Shown here one piece after another: positions 9,101-21,500 of a stretch of DNA of 64,000 bases. The DNA lies in contig JAUCBJ010002777.1 in assembly GCA_032718475.1 (NCBI GenBank), positions 62,001 through 126,000 of the forward strand. The letters are read 5' to 3'. The position numbers and the translations under genes are program-made. Numbering within the stretch: the stretch's first letter is position 1; the number at the start of each line of letters is the position of its first letter. The stretch comes from Nemertoderma westbladi. Lineage: Eukaryota; Animalia; Xenacoelomorpha. The notes beneath the pieces are model-generated. The model was not told the DNA's origin. It searched no databases and worked only from the letters and a program-made list of their open reading frames with translations.

Positions 9101-12100
9101 ATCGAACTGGGACCTCCGGGTTGGATCGAACTGGGGACCTCCGGGTTGGGATCGAACTGGGGACCTCCGGGTGGGATCGAACTGGTGACCTCCGGGTTGG
9201 ATCGAACTGGGGACCTCCGGGTGGGATCGAACTGGGGACCTTCCGGGTTGGATCGAACTGGGGACCTCCGGGTGGGATCGAACTGGTGACCTCCGGGTTG
9301 GATCGAACTGGTGACCTCCGGGTGGGACCGAACTGGTGACCTCTGGGTGGGATCGAAATAGTGACCTCTGGGTGGGATCGAACTGGTGACCTCTGGGTGG
9401 GATCGGACTGGTGACCTCCGGGTTGGATCGAACTGGGGACCTCCGGGTGGGATCGAACCGGTGACCTCCGGGTTGGATCGAACTGGGGACCTCCGGGTGG
9501 GATCGAACTGGTGACCTCCGGGTGGGATCGAACTGGTGACCTCCGGGTTGGGATTGAACTGGGACCTCCGGGTTGGATCGAACTGGGGACCTCCGGGATG
9601 GGATCGAACTGGGGACCTCCGGGTGGGATCGAACTGGTGACCTCCGGGTTGGATCGAACTGGTGACCTCCGGGTGGGATCGAACTGGTGACCTCCGGGTT
9701 GGATCGAACTGGGGACCTCCGGGTGGGATCGAACTGGGGACCTCCGGGTGGGATCGAACTGGTGACCTCCGGGTTGGGATCAAACTGGGACCTCCGGGTT
9801 GGATCGAACTGGTGACCTCCGGGTTGGGATCGAACTGGGACCTCCGGGTTGGATCGAACTGGGGACCTCCGGGTTGGGATCGAACTGGGGACCTCCGGGT
9901 GGGATCGAACTGGTGACCTCCGGGTTGGATCGAACTGGGGACCTCCGGGTGGGATCGAACTGGGGACCTTCCGGGTTGGATCGAACTGGGGACCTCCGGG
10001 TGGGATCGAACTGGTGACCTCCGGGTTGGATCGAACTGGTGACCTCCGGGTGGGACCGAACTGGTGACCTCTGGGTGGGATCGAAATAGTGACCTCTGGG
10101 TGGGATCGAACTGGTGACCTCTGGGTGGGATCGGACTGGTGACCTCCGGGTTGGATCGAACTGGGGACCTCCGGGTGGGACCGAACTGGTGACCTCTGGG
10201 TGGGATCGAACTGGTGACCTCCGGGTTGGGATCCGGGATCGAACTGGTGACCTCCGGGTGGGATCGAACTGGGGACCTCCGGGTGGGATCGAACTGGCGA
10301 CCTCCGGGTTGGGATCCGGGATCGAACTGGGGACCTCCGGGTGGGATCGAACTGGTGACCTCCGGGTGGGATCGAACTGGTGCACTCCGGGTGGGATCGA
10401 ACTGGTGACCTCCGGGTGGGATCGAACTGGGGACCTCCGGGTGGGATCGAACTGGTGACCTCCGGGTGGGATCGAACTGGCGACCTCCGGGTTGGGATCC
10501 GGGATCGAACTGGTGACCTCCGGGTGGGATCGAACTGGTGACCTCTGGGTGGGATCGAACTGGTGACCTCCGGGTTGGATCGAACTGGGGACCTCCGGGT
10601 TGGATCGAACTGGTGACCTCCGGATTGGATCGAACTGGGGACCTCCGGGTGGGATCGAACTGGTGACCTCCGGGTGGGATCGAACTGGCGACCTCCGGGT
10701 TGGATCGAACTGGTGACCTCCGGGTTGGGATCCGGGATCGAACTGGTGACCTCCGGGTTGGATCGAACTGGTGACCTCCGGGTTGGGATCCGGGATCGAA
10801 CTGGTGACCTCCGGGTAGGATCGAACTGGGGACCTCCGGGTTGGATCGAACTGGTGACCTCCGGGTTGGGATCCGGGATCGAACTGGCGACCTCCGGGTT
10901 GGGATCCGGGATCGAACTGGTGACCTCCGGGTTGGATCGAACTGGTGACCTCCGGGTTGGGATCCGGGATCGAACTGGTGACCTCCGGGTTGGATCGAAC
11001 TGGGGACCTCCGGGTTGGATCGAACTGGTGACCTCCGGGTTGGGATCCGGGATCGAACTGGTGACCTCCGGGTGGGATCGAACTGGTGACCTCCGGGTTG
11101 GGATCCGGGATCGAACTGGCGACCTCCGGGTTGGGATCCGGGATCGAACTGGTGACCTCCGGCTGGGATCGAACTGGTGTCCTCTGGGTGGGATCGAACT
11201 GGTGACCTCCGGGTTGGGATCCGGGATCGAACTGGTGACCTCCGGGTTGGATCGAACTGGTGACCTCCGGGTTGGGATCCGGGATCGAACTGGGGACCTG
11301 CGGGTTGGGTCGAACTGGGGACCTCCAGGTTGGATCGAACTGGTGACCTCCGGGTTGGGATCCGGGATCGAACTGGTGACCTCCGTGTGGGATCGAACTG
11401 GTGACCTCCGGGTTGGGATCCGGGATCGAACTGGTGACCTCCGGGTTGGGATCGGGGTCGAACTGGTGACCTCCGGGTTGGATCGAACTGGTGACCTCCG
11501 GGTTGGATCGAACTGGTGACCTCCGGGTTGGGATCCGGGTTCGAACTGGGGACCTCCGGGGTGGATCGAACTGGTGACCTCCGGGTGGGATCGAACTGGT
11601 GACCTCCGGGTGGGATCGAACTGGTGACCTCTGGGTTGGATCGAACTGGGGACCTCCGGGTGGGATCGAACTGGCGACCTCCGGGTTGGGATCCGGGATC
11701 GAACTGGTGACCTCCGGGTTGGATCGAACTGGTGACCTCCGGGTTGGGTTCCGGGATCGAACTGGTGACCTCCGGGTTGGATCGAACTGGTGACCTCCGG
11801 TTGGGATCCGGGATCGAACTGGGGACCTCCGGGGTGGATCGAACTGGTGACCTCCGGGTGGGATCGAACTGGTGACCTCCGGGTGGGATCGAACTGGTGA
11901 CCTCCGGGTGGGATCGAACTGGTGACCTCCGGGTTGGGATCCGGGATCGAACTGGTGACCTCCGGGTTGGGAACCGGGATCGAACTGGTGACCTCCGGGT
12001 GGGATCGAACTGGTGACCTCCGGGTTGGGATCCGGGATCGAACTGGTGACCTCCGGGTTGGGATCCGGGATCGAACTGGTGACCTCCGGGTTGGGATCCG

Positions 12101-12519
12101 GGATCGAACTGGTGACATCCGGGTGGGATCGAACTGGTAACCTCCGGGTTGGGATCCGGGATCGAACTGGTGACCTCCGGGTTGGATCGAACTGGTGACC
12201 TCCGGGTTGGATCGAACTGGTGACCTCCGGGTTGGGATCCGGGATCGAACTGGTGACCTCCGGGTTGGGATCCGGGATCGAACTGGTGACCTCCGGGTTC
12301 GATCGAACTGGTGACCTCCGGGTTCGATCGAACTGGTGACCTCCGGGTTGGATCAAACTGGTAACCTCCGGGTTGGGATCCGGGATCGAACTGGGGACCT
12401 CCGGGGTGGGAGGAACTGGTGACCTCCGGGTGGGATCGAACTGGTGACCACCGGGTGGGATCGAACTGGTGACCTCCGGGTGGGATCGAACTGGTGACCT
12501 TCGGGTTGGGATCCGGGAT
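6138..12519. repeat. Satellite A: GC-rich tandem array, 25-bp core (G/T)GGATCGAACTGG(T/G)GACCTCCGGGT with 33-bp and 53-bp derivatives; tRNA T-arm/B-box-like on the minus strand
   Basis: Continuous tandem repeats, roughly 200-230 core units by length. The reverse complement reads ACCCGGAGGTCACCAGTTCGATCCC. Confidence 0.97.
6490..7570. repeat. Homogeneous 53-bp (25+28) sub-array of satellite A, ~20 copies
   Basis: GGGATCGAACTGGTGACCTCCGGGT+TGGAGGAAGTCGGCAATGACGTCCAGGT, period 53 (e.g. 6543 to 6596). Confidence 0.95.
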
Positions 12520-15500
12520 TTACTTTGCCACTTTACATTGCCCCCACTTCGAGGCTTTATTTGCACTCACACAGACACTTTACACTGCCCCCACTTCGAG
12601 GCTTTATTTGCACTCCCACAGACACTTTACACTGCCCCCACTTCGAGGCTTTATTTGCACTCACACAGATACTTTATACTGCCCCCACTTCGAGGCTTTA
12701 TTTGCACTCACCCAGACACTTTACACTGCCCCCACTTCGAGGCTTTATTTGCACTCACACAGACACTTTACACTGCCCCCACTTCGAGGCTTTATTTGCA
12801 CTCACACAGACACTTTACACTGCCCCCACTTCGAGGCTTTATTTGCACTCACACAGACACTTTACACTGCCCAAACTTCGAGGCTTTATTTGCACTTGTA
12901 CAGATACTTTACACTGCCCCCACTTCGAGGCTTTATTTGCACTCACACAGATACTTTACACTGCCCCCACTTCGAGGCTTTATTTGCACTCCCACAGACA
13001 CTTTACACTGCCCCCACTTCGAGGCTTTATTTGCACTCACACAGATACTTTATACTGCCCCCACTTCGAGGCTTTATTTGCACTCACACAGACACTTTAC
13101 ACTGCCCACACTTCGAGGCTTTATTTGCACTCACACAGACACTTTACACTGCCCCCACTTCGAGGCTTTATTTGCACTCCCACAGACACTTTACACTGCC
13201 CCCACTTCGAGGCTTTATTTGCACTCACACAGATACTTTATACTGCCCCCACTTCGAGGCTTTATTTGCACTCACACAGATACTTTACACTGCCCCCACT
13301 TCGAGACTTTATTTGCACTCACACAGACACTTTACACTGCCCCCACTTCGAGGCTTTATTTGCACTCACACAGACACTTTACACTGCCCAAACTTCGAGG
13401 CTTTATTTGCACTTGTACAGATACTTTACACTGCCCCCACTTCGAGGCTTTATTTGCACTCACACAGATACTTTACACTGCCCCCACTTCGAGGCTTTAT
13501 TTGCACTCCCACAGACACTTTACACTGCCCCCACTTCGAGGCTTTATTTGCACTCACACAGATACTTTATACTGCCCCCACTTCGAGGCTTTATTTGCAC
13601 TCACACAGATACTTTACACTGCCCCCACTTCGAGACTTTATTTGCACTCACACAGACACTTTACACTGCCCCCACTTCGAGGCTTTATTTGCACTCACAC
13701 AGATACTTTATACTGCCCCCACTTCGAGGCTTTATTTGCACTCACACAGATACTTTACACTGCCCCCACTTCGAGACTTTATTTGCACTCACACAGACAC
13801 TTTACACTGCCCCCACTTCGAGGCTTTATTTGCACTCACACAGACACTTTACACTGCCCCCACTTCGAGGCTTTATTTGCACTCACACAGACACTTTACA
13901 CTGCCCAAACTTCGAGGCTTTATTTGCACTTGTACAGATACTTTACACTGCCCCCACTTCGAGGCTTTATTTGCACTCACACAGACACTTTACACTGCCC
14001 CCACTTCGAGGCTTTATTTGCACTCACACAGACACTTTACACTGCCCCCACTTCGAGGCTTTATTTGCACTTACACAAACACTTTACACTGCCCCCACTT
14101 CGAGGCTTTATTGGCACTCACACAGATACTTTACACTGCCCCCACTTCGAGGCTTTATTTGCACTCACACAGATACTTCACACTGCCCCCACTTCGTGGC
14201 TTTATTTGCACTCACACAGATACTTTACACTGCCCCCACTTCGTGGCTTTATTTGCACTCACACAGATACTTTACACTGCCCCCACTTCGAGGCTTTATT
14301 TGCACTCACACAGATACTTTACACTGCCCCCACTTCGAGGCTTTATTTACACTCACACAGATACTTTACACTGCCCCCCACTTCGAGGCTTTACTTGCAC
14401 TCACACAGATATTTTACACGAACCCCCTTCGATCGAGGCTTTATTTGCACTCACACAGATACTTTACACTGCCCCCACTTCGTGGCTTTATTTGCACTCA
14501 CACAGATACTTTACACTGCCCCCACTTCGAGGCTTTATTTGCACTCACACAGATACTTTACACTGCCCCCACTTCGTGGCTTTATTTGCACTCACACAGA
14601 TACTTTACACTGCCCCCACTTCGAGGCTTTATTTGCACTCACACAGATACTTTACACTGCCCCCACTTCGAGGCTTTATTTGCACTCACACAGATACTTT
14701 ACACTGCCCCCACTTCGAGGCTTTATTTACACTCACACAGATACTTTACACTGCCCCCCACTTCGAGGCTTTATTTGCACTCACACAGATACTTTACACT
14801 GCCCCCACTTCGAGGCTTTATTTACACTCACACAGATACTTTACACTGCCCCCCACTTCGAGGCTTTATTTGCACTCACACAGATACTTTACACGAACCC
14901 CCTTCGATCGAGGCTTTATTTGCACTCACACAGATACTTTACACTGCCCCCACTTCGAGACTTTATTTGCACTCACACAGATACTTTACACTGCCCCCAC
15001 TTCGTGGCTTTATTTGCACTCACACAGATACTTTACACTGCCCCCACTTCGAGACTTTATTTGCACTCACACAGATACTTTACACTGCCCCCACTTCGTG
15101 GCTTTATTTGCACTCACACAGATACTTTACACTGCCCCCACTTCGAGGCTTTATTGGCACTGACACAGATACTTTACACTGCCCCCACTTCGAGGCTTTA
15201 TTTGCACTCCCACAGATACTTTACACTGCCCCCACTTCGAGACTTTATTTGCACTCACACAGATACTTTACTCTGCCCCCACTTCGAGGCTTTATTTGCA
15301 CTCACACAGATACTTTACACTGCCCCCACTTCGAGACTTTATTTGCACTCACACAGATACTTTACACTGCCCCCACTTCGAGACTTTATTTGCACTCACA
15401 CAGATACTTTACACTGCCCCCACTTCGAGGCTTTATTTGCACTCACACAGATACTTTACACTGCCCCCACTTCGAGGCTTTATTTGCACTCACACAGATA

Positions 15501-18500
15501 CTTTACACTGCCCCCACTTCGAGGCTTTATTTGCACTCACACAGATACTTTACACTGCCCCCCACTTCGAGGCTTTATTTGCACTCACACAGATACTTTA
15601 CACTGCCCCCACTTCGAGGCTTTATTTGCACTCACACAGATACTTTACACGAACCCCCTTCGATCGAGGCTTTATTTGCACTCACACAGATACTTTACAC
15701 TGCCCTCACTTCGAGGCTTTATTTGCACTCACACAGATACTTTACACGAACCCCCTTCGATCGAGGCTTTATTTGCACTCACACAGATACTTTACACTGC
15801 CCCCACTTCGAGGCTTTATTTGCACTCACACAGATACTTTACACTGCCCCCACTTCGAGGCTTTATTTGCACTCACACAGATACTTTACACGAACCCCCT
15901 TCGATCGAGGCTTTATTTGCACTCACACAGATACTTTACACTGCCCCCACTTCGAGGCTTTATTTGCACTCACACAGATACTTTACACTGCCCCCACTTC
16001 GAGGCTTTATTTACACTCACACAGATACTTTACACGAACCCCCTTCGATCGAGGCTTTATTTGCACTCACACAGATACTTTACACTGCCCCCACTTCGAG
16101 GCTTTATTTGCACTCACACAGATACTTTACACTGCCCCCACTTCGAGACTTTATTTGCACTCACACAGATACTTTACACTGCCCCCACTTCGAGGCTTTA
16201 TTTACACTCACACAGATACTTTACACGAACCCCCTTCGATCGAGGCTTTATTTGCACTCACACAGATACTTTACACTGCCCCCACTTCGAGGCTTTATTT
16301 GCACTCACACAGATACTTTACACTGCCCCCACTTCGAGGCTTTATTTACACTCACACAGATACTTTACACGAACCCCCTTCGATCGAGGCTTTATTTGCA
16401 CTCACACAGATACTTTACACGAACCCCCTTCGATCGAGGCTTTATTTGCACTCACACAGATACTTTACACTGCCCCCACTTCGAGACTTTATTTGCACTC
16501 ACACAGATACTTTACACGAACCCCCTTCGATCGAGGCTTTATTTGCACTCACACAGATACTTTACACTGCCCCCCACTTCGAGGCTTTATTTGCACTCAC
16601 ACAGATACTTTACACGAACCCCCTTCGATCGAGGCTTTATTTACACTCACACAGATACTTTACACTGCCCCCACTTCGAGACTTTATTTGCACTCACACA
16701 GATACTTTACACGAACCCCCTTCGATCGAGGCTTTATTTACACTCACACAGATACTTTACACTGCCCCCACTTCGAGACTTTATTTGCACTCACACAGAT
16801 ACTTTACACGAACCCCCTTCGATCGAGGCTTTATTTGCACTCACACAGATACTTTACACTGCCCCCACTTCGAGACTTTATTTGCACTCACACAGATACT
16901 TTACACGAACCCCCTTCGATCGAGGCTTTATTTACACTCACACAGATACTTTACACTGCCCCCACTTCGAGACTTTATTTGCACTCACACAGATACTTTA
17001 CACGAACCCCCTTCGATCGAGGCTTTATTTACACTCACACAGATACTTTACACTGCCCCCACTTCGAGACTTTATTTGCACTCACACAGATACTTTACAC
17101 GAACCCCCTTCGATCGAGGCTTTATTTGCACTCACACAGATACTTTACACGAACCCCCTTCGATCGAGGCTTTATTTGCACTCACACAGATACTTTACAC
17201 GAACCCCCTTCGATCGAGGCTTTATTTGCACTCACACAGATACTTTACACTGCCCCCCACTTCGAGGCTTTATTTGCACTCACACAGATACTTTACACGA
17301 ACCCCCTTCGATCGAGGCTTTATTTGCACTCACACAGATACTTTACACTGCCCCCACTTCGAGGCTTTATTTGCACTCACACAGATACTTTACACTGCCC
17401 CCACTTCGAGGCTTTATTTGCACTCACACAGATACTTTACACGAACCCCCTTCGATCGAGGCTTTATTTGCACTCACACAGATACTTTACACGAACCCCC
17501 TTCGATCGAGGCTTTATTTGCACTCACACAGATACTTTACACTGCCCCCCACTTCGAGGCTTTATTTGCACTCACACAGATACTTTCCCTTTCCCCACTT
17601 CGAGGCTTTATTTGCACTCACACAGATACTTTACACTGCCCCCACTTCGAGGCTTTATTTGCACTCACACAGATACTTTACACTGCCCCCACTTCGAGGC
17701 TTTATTTGCACTCACACAGATACTTTCCCTTTCCCCACTTCGAGGCTTTATTTGCACTCACACAGATACTTTACACTGCCCCCACTTCGAGGCTTTATTT
17801 GCACTCACACAGATACTTTCCCTTTCCCCACTTCGAGGCTTTATTTGCACTCACACAGATACTTTACACTGCCCCCACTTCGAGGCGTTATTTGCACTCA
17901 CACAGATACTTTCCCTTTCCCCACTTCGAGGCTTTATTTGCACTCACACAGATACTTTACACTGCCCCCACTTCGAGGCTTTATTTGCACTCACACAGAT
18001 ACTTTCCCTTTCCCCACTTCGAGGCTTTATTTGCACTCACACAGATACTTTACACTGCCCCCACTTCGAGGCTTTATTTGCACTCACACAGATACTTTAC
18101 ACTGCCCCCACTTCGAGGCTTTATTTGCACTCACACAGATACTTTCCCTTTCCCCACTTCGAGGCTTTATTTGCACTCACACAGATACTTTACACTGCCC
18201 CCACTTCGAGGCTTTATTTGCACTCACACAGATACTTTCCCTTTCCCCACTTCGAGGCTTTATTTGCACTCACACAGATACTTTACACTGCCCCCACTTC
18301 GAGGCTTTATTTGCACTCACACAGATACTTTACACTGCCCCCACTTCGAGGCTTTATTTGCACTCACACAGATACTTTACACGAACCCCCTTCGATCGAG
18401 GCTTTATTTGCACTCACACAGATACTTTACACGAACCCCCTTCGATCGAGGCTTTATTTGCACTCACACAGATACTTTACACGAACCCCCTTCGATCGAG

Positions 18501-21500
18501 GCTTTATTTGCACTCACACAGATACTTTACACGAACCCCCTTCGATCGAGGCTTTATTTGCACTCACACAGATACTTTACACGAACCCCCTTCGATCGAG
18601 GCTTTATTTACACTCACACAGATACTTTACACGAACCCCCTTCGATCGAGGCTTTATTTGCACTCACACAGATACTTTACACGAACCCCCTTCGATCGAG
18701 GCTTTATTTGCACTCACACAGATACTTTACACGAACCCCCTTCGATCGAGGCTTTATTTGCACTCACACAGATACTTTACACGAACCCCCTTCGATCGAG
18801 GCTTTATTTACACTCACACAGATACTTTACACGAACCCCCTTCGATCGAGGCTTTATTTGCACTCACACAGATACTTTACACGAACCCCCTTCGATCGAG
18901 GCTTTATTTGCACTCACACAGATACTTTACACTGCCCCCCACTTCGAGGCTTTATTTGCACTCACACAGATACTTTCCCTTTCCCCACTTCGAGGCTTTA
19001 TTTGCACTCACACAGATACTTTACACTGCCCCCACTTCGAGGCTTTATTTGCACTCACACAGATACTTTACACTGCCCCCACTTCGAGGCTTTATTTGCA
19101 CTCACACAGATACTTTCCCTTTCCCCACTTCGAGGCTTTATTTGCACTCACACAGATACTTTACACTGCCCCCACTTCGAGGCTTTATTTGCACTCACAC
19201 AGATACTTTCCCTTTCCCCACTTCGAGGCTTTATTTGCACTCACACAGATACTTTACACTGCCCCCACTTCGAGGCTTTATTTGCACTCACACAGATACT
19301 TTACACGAACCCCCTTCGATCGAGGCTTTATTTGCACTCACACAGATACTTTACACGAACCCCCTTCGATCGAGGCTTTATTTGCACTCACACAGATACT
19401 TTACACTGCCCTCACTTCGAGGCTTTATTTGCACTCACACAGATACTTTACACGAACCCCCTTCGATCGAGACTTTATTTGCACTCACACAGATACTTTA
19501 CACGAACCCCCTTCGATCGAGGCTTTATTTGCACTCACACAGATACTTTACACGAACCCCCTTCGATCGAGGCTTTTTTTGCACTCACACAGATACTTTA
19601 CACGAACCCCCTTCGATCGAGGCTTTATTTGCACTCACACAGATACTTTACACTGCCCCCACTTCGAGACTTTATTTGCACTCACACAGATACTTTACAC
19701 GAACCCCCTTCGATCGAGGCTTTATTTGCACTCACACAGATACTTTACACGAACCCCCTTCGATCGAGGCTTTATTTGCACTCACACAGATACTTTCCCT
19801 TTCCCCACTTCGAGGCTTTATTTGCACTCACACAGATACTTTACACTGCCCCCACTTCGAGGCTTTATTTGCACTCACACAGATACTTTACACGAACCCC
19901 CTTCGATCGAGGCTTTATTTGCACTCACACAGATACTTTACACTGCCCCCCACTTCGAGGCTTTATTTGCACTCACACAGATACTTTACACGAACCCCCT
20001 TCGATCGAGGCTTTATTTGCACTCACACAGATACTTTCCCTTTCCCCCACTTCGAGGCTTTATTTGCACTCACACAGATACTTTACACTGCCCCCACTTC
20101 GAGGCTTTATTTGCACTCACACAGATACTTTACACGAACCCCCTTCGATCGAGGCTTTATTTGCACTCACACAGATACTTTACACTGCCCCCACTTCGAG
20201 GCTTTATTTGCACTCACACAGATACTTTACACGAACCCCCTTCGATCGAGGCTTTATTTGCACTCACACAGATACTTTACACGAACCCCCTTCGATCGAG
20301 GCTTTATTTGCACTCACACAGATACTTTACACGAACCCCCTTCGATCGAGGCTTTATTTGCACTCACACAGATACTTTACACTGCCCCCACTTCGAGGCT
20401 TTATTTGCACTCACACAGATACTTTACACTGCCCCCACTTCGTGGCTTTATTTGCACTCACACAGATACTTTACACTGCCCCCACTTCGAGACTTTATTT
20501 GCACTCACACAGATACTTTACACTGCCCCCACTTCGAGGCTTTATTTGCACTCACACAGATACTTTACACTGAACCCCCTTCGATCGAGGCTTTATTTGC
20601 ACTCACACAGATACTTTACACTGCCCCCACTTCGAGGCTTTATTTGCACTCACACAGATACTTTACACGAACCCCCTTCGATCGAGGCTTTATTTGCACT
20701 CACACAGATACTTTACACTGCCCCCCACTTCGAGGCTTTATTTGCACTCACACAGATACTTTACACTGCCCCCCACTTCGAGGCTTTATTTGCACTCACA
20801 CAGATACTTTACACTGCCCCCACTTCGAGGCTTTATTTGCACTCACACAGATACTTTACACTGCCCCCCACTTCGAGGCTTTATTTGCACTCACACAGAT
20901 ACTTTACACTGCCCCCACTTCGAGGCTTTATTTGCACTCACACAGATACTTTACACGAACCCCCTTCGATCGAGGCTTTATTTGCACTCACACAGATACT
21001 TTACACTGCCCCCACTTCGAGACTTTATTTGCACTCACATAGATACTTTACACGAACCCCCTTCGATCGAGGCTTTATTTGCACTCACACAGATACTTTA
21101 CACTGCCCCCACTTCGAGGCTTTATTTGCACTCACACAGATACTTTACACTGCCCCCACTTCGAGACTTTATTTGCACTCACACAGATACTTTACACGAA
21201 CCCCCTTCGATCGAGGCTTTATTTGCACTCACACAGATACTTTACACTGCCCCCACTTCGAGGCTTTATTTGCACTCACACAGATACTTTACACTGCCCC
21301 CCACTTCGAGGCTTTATTTGCACTCACATAGATACTTTACACGAACCCCCTTCGATCGAGGCTTTATTTGCACTCACACAGATACTTTACACTGCCCCCA
21401 CTTCGAGGCTTTATTTGCACTCACACAGATACTTTACACTGCCCCCCACTTCGAGGCTTTATTTGCACTCACATAGATACTTTACACGAACCCCCTTCGA

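Noticed and set aside
6138-12519. Tandem tRNA gene cluster
   Set aside because: Only the variable-loop/T-arm-like piece is present. There is no acceptor stem, D-arm/A box or oligo-T terminator.
8400-12519. CENP-B box-like TTCGATCCAACCCGG on the minus strand (8/9 core positions)
   Set aside because: An essential position mismatches, the TTCG is explained by the T-loop motif, and the sequence does not look mammalian.
6084-12566. Pro/Arg/Ser-rich ORFs on both strands
   Set aside because: These are translations of satellite A, overlapping in several frames.
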